Source: an uncultured virus (IMG/VR IMGVR_UViG_3300020196_000019) (Duplodnaviria; Heunggongvirae; Uroviricota; Caudoviricetes). Taken from it: DNA of 64,000 bases. A program made the translations under genes and the position numbers. Of the stretch, positions 19,620 through 29,253 are shown piece by piece. The stretch's first letter is position 1. Every line of letters starts with the position of its first letter. Below the pieces are notes generated by a model. The model saw nothing but the letters and a program-made list of their open reading frames with translations, was not told where the DNA came from and did no database searches. The stretch lies in IMG/VR virus record IMGVR_UViG_3300020196_000019. The stretch is one strand, 5' to 3'.

Positions 19620-20603
19620 TTAATCTCCGTACCCGACAAACATTTTAAATCCTACAACATAATAAGGCGGCATATTTTGATGCGGTTTCACGTCCGTAAC
19701 AAATGGCCAAGCCTGATCGTTAGAAGTTCCGGACATTGCCCCGCGTGTATCTGTAGCGTAACTACTGGCAGTTGCAGTTGGGCCGACAGAAGTATAACCT
19801 TGTCCCGTAGCGGCAGAAGAAGTACTGACTTCTTGATAACCTTGTTTGTCAATAAACGTGTGCCTATGATTTGGGAGCATTCCCGTCTGATCTATTTTTG
19901 AAGACATAGACCCACCAATAGAAGTCAAAAGACCTTTTAAATTCTCGGACATTCTTTCGTCGGCTTCTAGTCCGCCCGATGGGCTTGTGTACCCACGGCC
20001 AAGGATCATCCTAGATATTAAATTCGGTACTCGTCCGATTCTCGAACTTTGTTGAACGGCTGTAGGATGAGTTCCGTAATTATACCCGTCGCAAAACACC
20101 CAAGGACGTTGTACAATATTATAAGTAACGGGAGGATCGGTATTGGTTACTACGGGTGTTTTTCTATTCCACCCATTGTAAACGCAAGCTACGTCGTCCG
20201 GCCAATAATACCCGCCAGTATTTAGCGGCATATAAGATGCGGCCTGTGTAGTTGGCCAAACAAAGGGAACAATATCGCCAAAAGATCTCCCGTGAAATTT
20301 TCTGTATCCTCGAGTGTTTGGAAGTTGCTCTTTAATAGAAGTTGTAAAACCTGCGTCTAAAAAAAGAGACCCTCCTTTTCTTGGGTCCCACCAAACGGCA
20401 TCCCCATAAAAATTCGCACCAGTATTGTCTGTGTATTTTGGGGGTCCAAAACCGTTTGTGTTTTGATTGAGATGTCCGTTATAAAAAAGTGGGATAGTTT
20501 GAGTGTCTTGAAAATCCATTGCAAGTGCAAGAGCATCTAGGAAATCTTGCGGATTTCCGTAGCAAGAAGGATATTTTGCACCTGTTCGGGGAAAAAATTT
20601 CAT
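19620..20603 (-). CDS. Tail collar domain protein
   Basis: GDIVPF...WVFCDG...VPNLISRMILG...HQNMPPYY motifs. Confidence 0.75.
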   Translation of the reverse strand: MKFFPRTGAKYPSCYGNPQDFLDALALAMDFQDTQTIPLFYNGHLNQNTNGFGPPKYTDNTGANFYGDAVWWDPRKGGSLFLDAGFTTSIKEQLPNTRGYRKFHGRSFGDIVPFVWPTTQAASYMPLNTGGYYWPDDVACVYNGWNRKTPVVTNTDPPVTYNIVQRPWVFCDGYNYGTHPTAVQQSSRIGRVPNLISRMILGRGYTSPSGGLEADERMSENLKGLLTSIGGSMSSKIDQTGMLPNHRHTFIDKQGYQEVSTSSAATGQGYTSVGPTATASSYATDTRGAMSGTSNDQAWPFVTDVKPHQNMPPYYVVGFKMFVGYGD

Positions 20604-20605
20604 TT

Positions 20606-21586
20606 TTAAGTCCCGTAACCAATGTAAACACGATATAACCCGGCGTAAACCGGAGGTAAATTGTCGTGAGGTCTTCCTAGGGTAATGGCTTGAGTACTTG
20701 CGGCAGTATGCGCAGTTGTAGTTGGGGTAGTTTCACCAACGTTAGTATAAATTGCAGCAGACCCGGTTCCGGGATTAGAAGCCCCTCGCCCGCCACCGGA
20801 AGTGCCGACACGGTTGGCTTGAGATTGCCAAGTTTCCCAACCGTACTTATGCGTGTGATCTGGAACTTGATCCCGCTTCAAAACTACGCCTCTGGCCCCT
20901 TGTAGGGATGCGGCTGTAGGCTGGCCAATTCGTAGGGTGTACACGCTATCTTGTGCGTCAAGCAAAGGTGACGTATTGTGCGGATCGCCGGATTCTTGAT
21001 ACATACGAAGAGGATTCAAAGCTGGAAAAGAATTTCTGCTTTGGGGGGTGGCTAAGTCGGCATCTGTGGCGAAAGGAGCTTGAGTTTTTAAAGCTCCGAC
21101 AACCTGTGTTTGCTCTAGGGCGGCTGTGCTGTGGCCGCAAAATCCGCCGTATAAGACTTTTCCAGTTAAATTTGGGGTCACAAAACCCCCGTAGGTATCT
21201 CCGTCACAAACGGCGAAAGGTCTGTAGTTTCTGGTTGTAGCAGAAGTAGATCTTGCAGTCTCAATTTCTTCTTCGTCTAGAATGTTTGCGTCGAGCATTT
21301 CAATATCACCGATTGAATAGGGATAATACCTGCACCATTCATCAGAAGGGGCATCCAGATATTTTCTGGTTCGTATGTACATCTCCAAAGTTCCGGTATT
21401 TGACTCATTGGTTTTTACCCAAATTGAGGAAAAAGTGTCCGGATTGGTAGGGGCAACTGTACTGTACAAGACGCTAGCCTTCGAAGTTGTTAAGACTTGA
21501 AGGTACGGAAGAAGAAGATCGTGAGTTAAATCAGGAGTTGAAAAACAAAATCCGGCGGGAAGTTTTAAGCTGGTAACTGCGCCCAT
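20606..21586 (-). CDS. Tail collar domain protein
   Basis: IGDIEM...FAVCDG...TPNLTGK...HDNLPPVY motifs; start moved to ATG 21586 to avoid overlap with the upstream gene. Confidence 0.7.
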   Translation of the reverse strand: MGAVTSLKLPAGFCFSTPDLTHDLLLPYLQVLTTSKASVLYSTVAPTNPDTFSSIWVKTNESNTGTLEMYIRTRKYLDAPSDEWCRYYPYSIGDIEMLDANILDEEEIETARSTSATTRNYRPFAVCDGDTYGGFVTPNLTGKVLYGGFCGHSTAALEQTQVVGALKTQAPFATDADLATPQSRNSFPALNPLRMYQESGDPHNTSPLLDAQDSVYTLRIGQPTAASLQGARGVVLKRDQVPDHTHKYGWETWQSQANRVGTSGGGRGASNPGTGSAAIYTNVGETTPTTTAHTAASTQAITLGRPHDNLPPVYAGLYRVYIGYGT

Positions 21587-21591
21587 ACATA

Positions 21592-23085
21592 TTATGTTGT
21601 AGGAGTTTGAGTCATTTGGAAGGGGATTTGAGCCGTACTCCCAAAACCCAGCGAAATGGCGGGTGTCCCAATCATAGAAGCGTTGGGGACTACGCTTGAG
21701 CCAGCGGGAGGAATCCAATACTTGTTGGGCCTACCACTAAACACAAAATACCCAAGCAAAGTATTCTTGGCAAACTCAGAAGTGTTAGACGGCTGAGTAG
21801 TATTTGCGGCAGTTGCGAATCTCGCATTAATTGTACGAAGCTGTGCGACAGTTGGGGTGGCCAAAACAATTACCCGCATTGTGTCACTTCCAGATCCCAC
21901 TTCAGCGATTTGCCAGCCTTCAGTCCAGCTTTGGGGTGTCCCGGCATTAAACTGAGCTAGTTTTGCAGCTAAAGTTGCTTTCGTAAAGATATATTCTCTG
22001 TTTATTCCGGTAACGAGTCCGTCGTAGCCGCCGCCGTTCGCAATTGTATTGTAAACAACCGCCGGAACCCACGTGGCATTAATTCGTAAATCATTCCAAA
22101 TATCTCGGGTCTGGCCAGCGGCAATCGTTGGGTACTCTGTTGCGCTGAGAGTAAAGTTTAAAAGAGTAGAAAATTTTCCTTCTGTTGCGTTTGAGGCAAG
22201 GCCGTCATCAAATGGTATGGTGAAAAATTTTTGCGGGTTATTAGGGGTAGTTTCACTTAACGGAGATCCGTAGGGATTAAACGGATAAAAATTGTACCTT
22301 CCAACAAATTGAGATCTGTGTTCTACAAAAGTGTCGTCTGCCCCGCCTAAATATCCGCCTGTATCGGCAATATTTAGCTGCCGGACAGCGTAGGCCACAC
22401 GATTAATCTTATCTAAAAGATCTACAACAACAGAATCATAGCTCTTCAAATAAAGAACTAAGGTGTCGAACCAACCTTTAATTGTAAGCGGATCATACTG
22501 CTCGGGTAAACCTTGAGCCAAAATGGCAAGCATAGCCTGTTCGCGAACAATATCTTTGTCAGGAATAATTGAGGGAAGTCCGACACCTACCGGAGAAATA
22601 GTGGCTGCGCGAATTTGTCTTTGTAGGTAAAGACTTTGGTCTGTAATTGTGGTGACGGGGGACAAAACGTGTCCCGATTTATTAATTTTAAAAGGCGGAA
22701 GAACCCACGCTTCGGGTGGAAGATTGGGATGGCGGTCCAAATGCGAAATAACTGCCACACCAGAATTAACTACTTGACCGTCCCCTTTGAAGTCTTCCCG
22801 ATCCGTTTGAACGGCATCAATTTTTGTGGGGGCTTGATTTCCAGCCGGAGTAACAGAGGTAACTTGCCCGTAAACATTTACAGTCAAAGAAGTTGGGTTA
22901 TTAAACACAACTTCCGGAACATTTCCAGAAATTGCTTGCAGCATAACTTTCGGAAGAATTGCTTCCCGAACAAGTTGCATTGATATTTTCTTAGTTTGAT
23001 TAGATACAACTACCGGAGATACAAAAGAGTCAAAATTAGGTAAGTCGCTTGAACTTACGCTGGGGAGGGAATTAATTGTAGGCAT
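21592..23085 (-). CDS. Putative tail fibre protein
   Basis: Fibre-like N-terminus (INSLPSV...TKKISM) and LTVNVYGQVTSV repeat-like motif. Confidence 0.5.
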   Translation of the reverse strand: MPTINSLPSVSSSDLPNFDSFVSPVVVSNQTKKISMQLVREAILPKVMLQAISGNVPEVVFNNPTSLTVNVYGQVTSVTPAGNQAPTKIDAVQTDREDFKGDGQVVNSGVAVISHLDRHPNLPPEAWVLPPFKINKSGHVLSPVTTITDQSLYLQRQIRAATISPVGVGLPSIIPDKDIVREQAMLAILAQGLPEQYDPLTIKGWFDTLVLYLKSYDSVVVDLLDKINRVAYAVRQLNIADTGGYLGGADDTFVEHRSQFVGRYNFYPFNPYGSPLSETTPNNPQKFFTIPFDDGLASNATEGKFSTLLNFTLSATEYPTIAAGQTRDIWNDLRINATWVPAVVYNTIANGGGYDGLVTGINREYIFTKATLAAKLAQFNAGTPQSWTEGWQIAEVGSGSDTMRVIVLATPTVAQLRTINARFATAANTTQPSNTSEFAKNTLLGYFVFSGRPNKYWIPPAGSSVVPNASMIGTPAISLGFGSTAQIPFQMTQTPTT

Positions 23086-23091
23086 ATAGAC

Positions 23092-23277
23092 TTATCGTGT
23101 AGTGATTTGCTCTAGTGAGTATGGCTCAGTATCCGGCTCGGTCAATATAAATTCATTGGGGAAAGGCCCTAATGGCTCTGTAAGTAGAAATACGGTAATA
23201 GTTCCCACTTTATACCCGGTAAGATTCGGAGGGCACGGATCACAAATTAAAAAAGTTGGGGATTCTTGGTCGGCCAT
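23092..23277 (-). CDS. Small hypothetical protein
   Basis: 61 aa, fills the gap exactly between two tail genes. Confidence 0.5.
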   Translation of the reverse strand: MADQESPTFLICDPCPPNLTGYKVGTITVFLLTEPLGPFPNEFILTEPDTEPYSLEQITTR

Positions 23278-23279
23278 TT

Positions 23280-25457
23280 TTATGCTCCTGATATACCCCC
23301 AACGGGCTCTATAACATCGTCGGCGTGAAGAAGTATTTTGTCAATAGATGCTCTGCCAATCCATTCAATTCTTAATTGAAATTCGTATCCCATTCTAAAT
23401 AAACGATTTGTAGAGGTATCCACGGTATCTGGCGGTGTCACTAGACGAATCTGCGGGCGAAACTGAGGTAGGGATGCGGGAAGTCGCTCAAAGACAAATT
23501 CTTCGGGCGTAGTGGGACAGTACTCGATCTTAGCGCTTTTTGTAAAAGTAGCCCAATCTATCCAACAAGGATATTTGTCGGGACGGAAAAAAACTTTGAA
23601 AACAACGTCTCCTTGTAAGTCGCTGAGCCAAATATCTCCCCTGCTAAGTTTTTTTAAGACGTAAGGTTTTTCAAACTCGTAACTTCTGGTTTCAACAATA
23701 GACTTGATGGTGGTATTCACATTAAAAGCTGAGCCGTCAAACTTTTTCAGAAGGTTCAATTCATAAAGCGACAAAGTTCCGTAATGATCGGCAAAGCCGA
23801 AGGCTCTTTCTTTTCTGTCAATAATTCCACGTATCAATTGATAAAAATTTAAACCAGTCCAAACTCCATCGAAGGCTGAATAAGTAACATTGGCTTTATT
23901 GTTTCTTTGAACTGCGCTAAAATCTAAAGACGCTACTCCGGAATAAACCGTCTGTTTTCCGGTAGAACTAGGTTGCCCCCAAATGTTTAAAAGATACCTA
24001 GAATCGAAATAAATCGCGCTGGCGTGATTCGCTTGCGAAATAGAATCTGCATTTAGCAAAGTTTTAATTTCTTCAGATGAACTGTTTTGCCCGGGCATAG
24101 ATTGAGTGGCGGAAGCATTTCTGTAAGACCGTATTCCGTCGTGGGAGCGAAAGAAAATATCTCCGTTAACATTGGTTACTGTTCTAGGCCCGAGACACCC
24201 AATGTCGGCCAAAGAAACTCTTTGAAAAGAACCCGATTTTTTCCATTCTTTTCTGGGCAGGGAAACCCCAAAAGAACTTACACCGTTGTCGCAGAAAGCA
24301 AATAAATCTCCTTGCCCGGTGGCAGTATCGGCAATTGTTGGGAAGGCAAGATGCCGGATTGCCCCCATTTGCGTAGGCGTAGATAAAACACCTCCGGTGG
24401 ATAAATAGGCATCTTCTTGAAAACTTAAAACGTCAGATTCTTTTCCGGAAAGAATAAAAGTTACCCATCCTCCGCTCCCCTGAATTTGAGAACTTTGAAG
24501 ACGTTGATCTTCTGCGGAGTTTCCGGCCCCGTCGTAATATGACGGATCAGAGGCTTTAACAAGAGACTTGTAATCTACTTTCAGCAGACTTATTTTTCGA
24601 ACGTTTGATCCGAAATTTGCGTCTGGTCCGGTAGTTCCGGGACTAAGAACTTGAATCTTGTAGAGATCGTCGTAATTTCCGTTAATTGCGTTATCGGTCC
24701 CCAAAGCAGCAAAATTATGTCCTTCAATAATCATTGGTGCTCCGACATCAGTTAATTCGGTTGGAATTTCAAAACCTGTAGTGTCTACATATAAAGTCAA
24801 ACCGTTATCAAAACCGTTTTGAGTTGCTGAAGCGCCTCTTTTAGATGTGAGCAATGGGAGTCGTAAGGTTCTCCCGCCGTAAATTAAATCTCCGGCTTTA
24901 ATTTCAAAATCATTTATCAAAACAAACAGTCTTCCTTGGCCAAAGGCCATAGCCGTACCTTTTGGAATTTTCTTCGACCCGGAAACAACCGTTACTGTTT
25001 CCCCGTCAAACACAAGCGGGCTCGAAATTCCGTCTTGAATTATAAGATATTTTCCGGCCTGACAAAAATGATTAAGAGCGTCTCTATCTCTAGAATGAGA
25101 AGTAGATACTCCTATTGGATAAATTTGGGACAAAACTCTGGATTCTAAGTCAATATTATAAACTCTTCCGCGAACGGAGCAAACAAGAAAGGATTTGCCT
25201 GTTTTATTTGTATAAACAATGCCACCTTGAAAACCGTACCCGTTAAACTGTTGCAAATCCGTGTTCGCCACGCTATCTGCTGTCAAAACTATTTCTTCCC
25301 ATCCGGGACGCGAAGACAAAGAAGAGTTTCTACAAACTGTGTTGACCGAAGCCGCATAGCAATTAATCGGAATAAGATTTGGAAAGCGACTGCTATCCAT
25401 CCCTCCTTCGAAGGAAGCATTCCCGTCATACATTCGATTGGGTACGGCGATGCTCAT
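23280..25457 (-). CDS. Tail nozzle / DNA stabilization protein (P22 gp10 / T7 gp12-like)
   Basis: 725 aa, beta-propeller-like; N-terminal FEGGMDS...SRPGW and GDIFFRSHDGIRS patterns. Confidence 0.65.
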   Translation of the reverse strand: MSIAVPNRMYDGNASFEGGMDSSRFPNLIPINCYAASVNTVCRNSSLSSRPGWEEIVLTADSVANTDLQQFNGYGFQGGIVYTNKTGKSFLVCSVRGRVYNIDLESRVLSQIYPIGVSTSHSRDRDALNHFCQAGKYLIIQDGISSPLVFDGETVTVVSGSKKIPKGTAMAFGQGRLFVLINDFEIKAGDLIYGGRTLRLPLLTSKRGASATQNGFDNGLTLYVDTTGFEIPTELTDVGAPMIIEGHNFAALGTDNAINGNYDDLYKIQVLSPGTTGPDANFGSNVRKISLLKVDYKSLVKASDPSYYDGAGNSAEDQRLQSSQIQGSGGWVTFILSGKESDVLSFQEDAYLSTGGVLSTPTQMGAIRHLAFPTIADTATGQGDLFAFCDNGVSSFGVSLPRKEWKKSGSFQRVSLADIGCLGPRTVTNVNGDIFFRSHDGIRSYRNASATQSMPGQNSSSEEIKTLLNADSISQANHASAIYFDSRYLLNIWGQPSSTGKQTVYSGVASLDFSAVQRNNKANVTYSAFDGVWTGLNFYQLIRGIIDRKERAFGFADHYGTLSLYELNLLKKFDGSAFNVNTTIKSIVETRSYEFEKPYVLKKLSRGDIWLSDLQGDVVFKVFFRPDKYPCWIDWATFTKSAKIEYCPTTPEEFVFERLPASLPQFRPQIRLVTPPDTVDTSTNRLFRMGYEFQLRIEWIGRASIDKILLHADDVIEPVGGISGA

Positions 25458-25856
25458 TTACTGTAAGACTAGCTCCCAATTGTTATAGTAGAAGTTCTTT
25501 TCAAACCTGAATTTTGAGCGGACTTTGCTTACTGGCAATACCCAACAATCCTGATTATGGGTCATATCGGCTACAACAATAAAGTCGCAAACAGAGGCTT
25601 CATATTGTCTAGATTTCCTAGGCTCACCATTAGCCTTTGCCTTCGATTTTGTACACCTAGAAATGTACAACTGGTAGTTCCCTTTGGTTATCCTCCACCT
25701 ACTTTTTACCTGAATCCTCTTAGGAGAGCTTTTTATGGGTAAGACCACAAGGTCGTAGCCGGAGTCCACCAAGGGGAAGGCTACGTTGGCTCCCCTGCGT
25801 AGGAACTCGTGGGCTACGAAGCCCACAGCCGCACCTCCGTAGTAATTTGAGGCCAT
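25458..25856 (-). CDS. PD-(D/E)XK endonuclease, homing-endonuclease-like
   Basis: FLRRGANVAFP...YDLVV...RIQVKS...CDFIVV; start uncertain (25856 or 25937). Confidence 0.7.
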   Translation of the reverse strand: MASNYYGGAAVGFVAHEFLRRGANVAFPLVDSGYDLVVLPIKSSPKRIQVKSRWRITKGNYQLYISRCTKSKAKANGEPRKSRQYEASVCDFIVVADMTHNQDCWVLPVSKVRSKFRFEKNFYYNNWELVLQ

Positions 25857-25929
25857 AGGGTTTTCTTCCGCAGAAGCCGTAAGATTAAGGCTAGCGTGAG
25901 GGATTTCCCGGTAGCGGGTAGGAATGGCT

Positions 25930-26421
25930 CTAGGCATTGGACGGCCTCACAAATCTTTGACCATCCAAAGGTCGAATGCGTTTAAACACTCCAATACCTT
26001 CTCTGCTTCCCCCGTTGTTAGTGTTGCCCTCAACGGACTCTACGCTTCGTGGGGATGGTCTCCCTGTAACTATGTAAATATGAGCGTAGCGTTTCATAGA
26101 ACTAAACCAAACCAAACCTAAGTCATTCCTTTTGGGTGTCTCTACCCGAAGTTCTTTTTTATCCCAACTAGGCACATAGGCTCCATAGCCCTTTTGCCCC
26201 AAGGTGTTTAAACACCAATTAACGAAGGCCGCGCACCAAGGAGCCGGAAAGTTTATCCCGGTAGAATTAAGATATTCTTTAACCTTCGGACCCCAATTGC
26301 TTCCGAGGGGCTGTTCAAGGACACCAATTTGACTCTCCCCAACCGAAGCTAAATCCACGGATAAAACCGTGGAAACTGTAAGCAAACACCCCAACGTTGC
26401 AGAGGGAATAAGAAGAGTCAT
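25930..26421 (-). CDS. Endolysin, CHAP/NlpC-P60-like amidase
   Basis: PWCAAFVNWCL (catalytic Cys), HIYIV (His), VEGNT; hydrophobic N-terminus. Confidence 0.75.
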   Translation of the reverse strand: MTLLIPSATLGCLLTVSTVLSVDLASVGESQIGVLEQPLGSNWGPKVKEYLNSTGINFPAPWCAAFVNWCLNTLGQKGYGAYVPSWDKKELRVETPKRNDLGLVWFSSMKRYAHIYIVTGRPSPRSVESVEGNTNNGGSREGIGVFKRIRPLDGQRFVRPSNA

Positions 26422-26425
26422 AGGA

Positions 26426-26788
26426 TTAAAGCGAGAAGGCTATGATAAGACCGATGAAAATGCTGACATAATAAGTAAGCGCAATTACAGGCTTCTTTAT
26501 GTCTCCATTTTCCCAATCCGTCTCAAATTCCGTCTTTCCGCTATAGGTGATATCTTCCACATACCGGGCAAGGGAAGGGGCAAGCCACCTATCGCTGTGA
26601 ACGCTGATGAGGGCAGAGCATACAATATAAAACAACTTTACTATGGCTCTCCCAATAAACTCGGGGGAAATGCCTGTGTTAAACCACCCAAGGACGTGAT
26701 TAATGACAACAAAACCAACAAGCGAAAACAAACCTGTAAAAACCAAATTAAGGTTATGCTTTAACCAAAAAATAGTTTTTTCTAACAT
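26426..26788 (-). CDS. Putative holin
   Basis: 120 aa with about 3 hydrophobic segments, next to the endolysin. Confidence 0.5.
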   Translation of the reverse strand: MLEKTIFWLKHNLNLVFTGLFSLVGFVVINHVLGWFNTGISPEFIGRAIVKLFYIVCSALISVHSDRWLAPSLARYVEDITYSGKTEFETDWENGDIKKPVIALTYYVSIFIGLIIAFSL

Positions 26789-27213
26789 TAGAAGGGAACC
26801 CCAAAAAACTTTCTAACAACCCAAAAAATTGGGCCACGGAGGGCAAACAAGCCAACGGCAATCAAAAGACCTCGCCAGATCCAAAGTTCTTTTAGAGCCT
26901 TGCGTTGCTTTGCCTTCCAATACTCTGCATCTTTTACGGCTTCGTTTTTCTCCTTAACTACTTGCTCGTAGGCTTCGGAAGTAGCCCTGCAATTCTCTAC
27001 AGCAGATTGAAGTTGCTTCTTTGCGGCTTCCAAATGTTTTTTAACCTTCGGATCGGCTTGTTCAATGGCAACGTCTAGGCGAGCATCGACAGCTGAAAAA
27101 TCGGCGTACTTGTAGGGTCTGGTTGTGGAGCAACCAGCCAATACTATCACGGCCAAACAGATTAGGCCAAGTTGCATATACTGGTATTTTCTCAATAAAT
27201 ATTTAATAGTCAA
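26788..27213 (-). CDS. Putative spanin (lipoprotein with C-terminal TM)
   Basis: Lipobox VLAGC, coiled coil, C-terminal hydrophobic helix. Confidence 0.55.
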   Translation of the reverse strand: MTIKYLLRKYQYMQLGLICLAVIVLAGCSTTRPYKYADFSAVDARLDVAIEQADPKVKKHLEAAKKQLQSAVENCRATSEAYEQVVKEKNEAVKDAEYWKAKQRKALKELWIWRGLLIAVGLFALRGPIFWVVRKFFGVPF

Positions 27214-27215
27214 TT

Positions 27216-27464
27216 CTATTTGGTAAAAAGATTTTTAACGGAATCAAAGAAAAAACTTACGATAAAAGACGTAGCGACTGTAGCAATAGCAACAATTCCG
27301 CTAAGTTTGTAATAAAAAACTTCTAAGTGGTGAACACGTTTATCAATGTTATGGACAGTTTTGTGGATTTGTTCGCCCTCGCTTTTAATTAAAAGCTGAC
27401 GCTCTTCGATGCGGGCAAGCCGCTCTCGAATTTCCATTAAAGGTTTTAAATCAGCGGGGGGCAT
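27216..27464 (-). CDS. Small membrane protein (holin/XhlA-like)
   Basis: Coiled coil plus C-terminal TM, first gene of the lysis cassette. Confidence 0.45.
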   Translation of the reverse strand: MPPADLKPLMEIRERLARIEERQLLIKSEGEQIHKTVHNIDKRVHHLEVFYYKLSGIVAIATVATSFIVSFFFDSVKNLFTK

Positions 27465-27465
27465 C

Positions 27466-27750
27466 TTAGTGTTTTTTCACTTGTTTAAGTTGAGTAAGTT
27501 TACGTCGTAGCCTGTCGGCCACAGCATCTACATTTACATCAGTAATTTGCAAAGACAAGAGTAACTGAGGGATAATATTAAAAAATTCTTCAAAGTGAGA
27601 AACCGACCAAGCCCAAGAGGGATACTTGGGGTTTCTCTTGGCAATACACAAATCAACATCCTCCAAGGCACGCTCAATAATCGCAACGGAAAGAGATATA
27701 AAAGGATTAGAACCTCTCATATCACAACCGACACGATATTTGGCGTTCAA
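27466..27750 (-). CDS. Hypothetical protein
   Basis: 94 aa ORF; start uncertain. Confidence 0.45.
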   Translation of the reverse strand: MNAKYRVGCDMRGSNPFISLSVAIIERALEDVDLCIAKRNPKYPSWAWSVSHFEEFFNIIPQLLLSLQITDVNVDAVADRLRRKLTQLKQVKKH

Positions 27751-27754
27751 ATTA

Positions 27755-27799
27755 GAAAATGAAAGGGGGAGCCCTAGGATTAGTAGGACTCCCCCCTTC
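27755..27799 (-). terminator. Rho-independent terminator after major capsid gene
   Basis: GAAGGGGGGAGTCCTA-loop-TAGGGCTCCCCCTTTC followed by ATTTTC. Confidence 0.7.
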
Positions 27800-27822
27800 G
27801 GTGGGTCAAAGTTCCCTAAGAA

Positions 27823-29253
27823 TTAGAGAACGTCAGCCCGCTTGTGAATGATAACATAGCCGAAGTACGGCTGAACGGGCTTCGTGCCAGTTCCAAAGGT
27901 GGCGCGAAAATACCCGACTTGGCCGTCCGGGTTCGTCTGCCGATCCTTGATGTTGACCCAACGGAAGTCACCGCGATAGGACGGAGCATCAAAGTCCGCA
28001 CCAGCGATGTTAACCGAAGGAGCCTTCGGGACGAGGTACGAGCAAACATCCTTATGATAGAGGATGGAAGCTTCGTACGGAGCCGTCTCGTAATCCGCAT
28101 TGACATCCCACCGGAAGCCTTTGGCTCCGGCGCTAGTGCGCTTGTACGGATACACACGGACAAAGCCGTTAGTAGTCGAGTCAAACGTGTAGCGAGGGAG
28201 GTGCATATCAATGGCGTGGTAGAACCCGAAGTAGCTACGCTCAATGCCCAGCGGAGCCAGAAGCTCGTTGGGTTTGGCATAGCGCAGATCGGTGGAGAGT
28301 TTTTCACTATTCCGAGTGTACTTCCAAATGAGGTTTTCGCTGGTTTCCGCGCTCGTGATGAGGAGGAACAGGGGAGCCCCGTTCTCGCGACCCATCGCGT
28401 TCACAGAAGCGCCATCGCGAATCATCGAGAGATACAACTTCTTGAGAGAAGCGTAATCGAGATCCCCAATAGCATTCGCACCAGCTGAGCCGCCGAGTAC
28501 GGTGTTAAGCTTATCTGCGGCGGTTGCGCCAGCAACTCCGGAGAAGATTGAGCCAGTACCAGTTCCGGTAACAGTCAGACCTTCGGCCCTGTTTGCGCCG
28601 GAGCTCTGAGTTGCCACCAAGGAAGTAATGTTGCTAGCTGTTTTGGCAATCAGCTTATTAGCCGACAACCGAATGTACTCATCGCGATACCGTTCCTGCC
28701 AAATATAATTGGTGGAATCGGCAAGGACGGACATCATATTGCTCAGCTGTTCCCGACGACGAACCGGGAAGATCAGGTCTTGGAGAGACAGATCCGGGGA
28801 CTCAATGGCGGCGTGCGCCAGCGAGTACTTGCGGAGGGTCTGACCAAAGCGGATATTGCCGATCAGCGGAGGGTTGATGTTGGTGCGAGGATTGGTCGCG
28901 TCAGAAGCTTGACCAAAGCTGGGATCGTTGCCAGCGGCTCCGGCGCTGTCCCCGGCGGGCTGAACGGCAAGGCCGTCTGCGCCGACGGTAACGTTACTGT
29001 TCGTCGGATTAGAACGAAGAGTATCGGACCAAGTGTGAGCAAGAGCATTTCCGTTACCATCAACAAAGTGAGGCAGGGAGCGCTCGAAGGTCAGCACGGA
29101 AACGGTATCACCCATTTCCTCGGGAAAGGTTTCGGTGGACTGTGAAGCGACCTTATTCCAGATCGAGGTGTCCACCGTACGGCGGTAGATCTCAGGGCCG
29201 ATGCGCCCAGCTTCACGAACAAGTAGCTGTTCGATTTCGTAAGTAGTAGCCAT
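27823..29253 (-). CDS. Major capsid protein
   Basis: 476 aa; strong C-ending codon bias, own promoter and terminator, downstream of portal and scaffold. Confidence 0.75.
   Translation of the reverse strand: MATTYEIEQLLVREAGRIGPEIYRRTVDTSIWNKVASQSTETFPEEMGDTVSVLTFERSLPHFVDGNGNALAHTWSDTLRSNPTNSNVTVGADGLAVQPAGDSAGAAGNDPSFGQASDATNPRTNINPPLIGNIRFGQTLRKYSLAHAAIESPDLSLQDLIFPVRRREQLSNMMSVLADSTNYIWQERYRDEYIRLSANKLIAKTASNITSLVATQSSGANRAEGLTVTGTGTGSIFSGVAGATAADKLNTVLGGSAGANAIGDLDYASLKKLYLSMIRDGASVNAMGRENGAPLFLLITSAETSENLIWKYTRNSEKLSTDLRYAKPNELLAPLGIERSYFGFYHAIDMHLPRYTFDSTTNGFVRVYPYKRTSAGAKGFRWDVNADYETAPYEASILYHKDVCSYLVPKAPSVNIAGADFDAPSYRGDFRWVNIKDRQTNPDGQVGYFRATFGTGTKPVQPYFGYVIIHKRADVL

Noticed and set aside
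18771..23085. Diversity-generating retroelement acting on fibre genes
   Set aside because: No reverse transcriptase and no adenine-specific TR/VR repeat pair seen
27844..29145. Long plus-strand ORFs antisense to the capsid gene, and similar shadow ORFs elsewhere
   Set aside because: Explained by codon bias of the real gene on the opposite strand; no RBS or recognisable motifs
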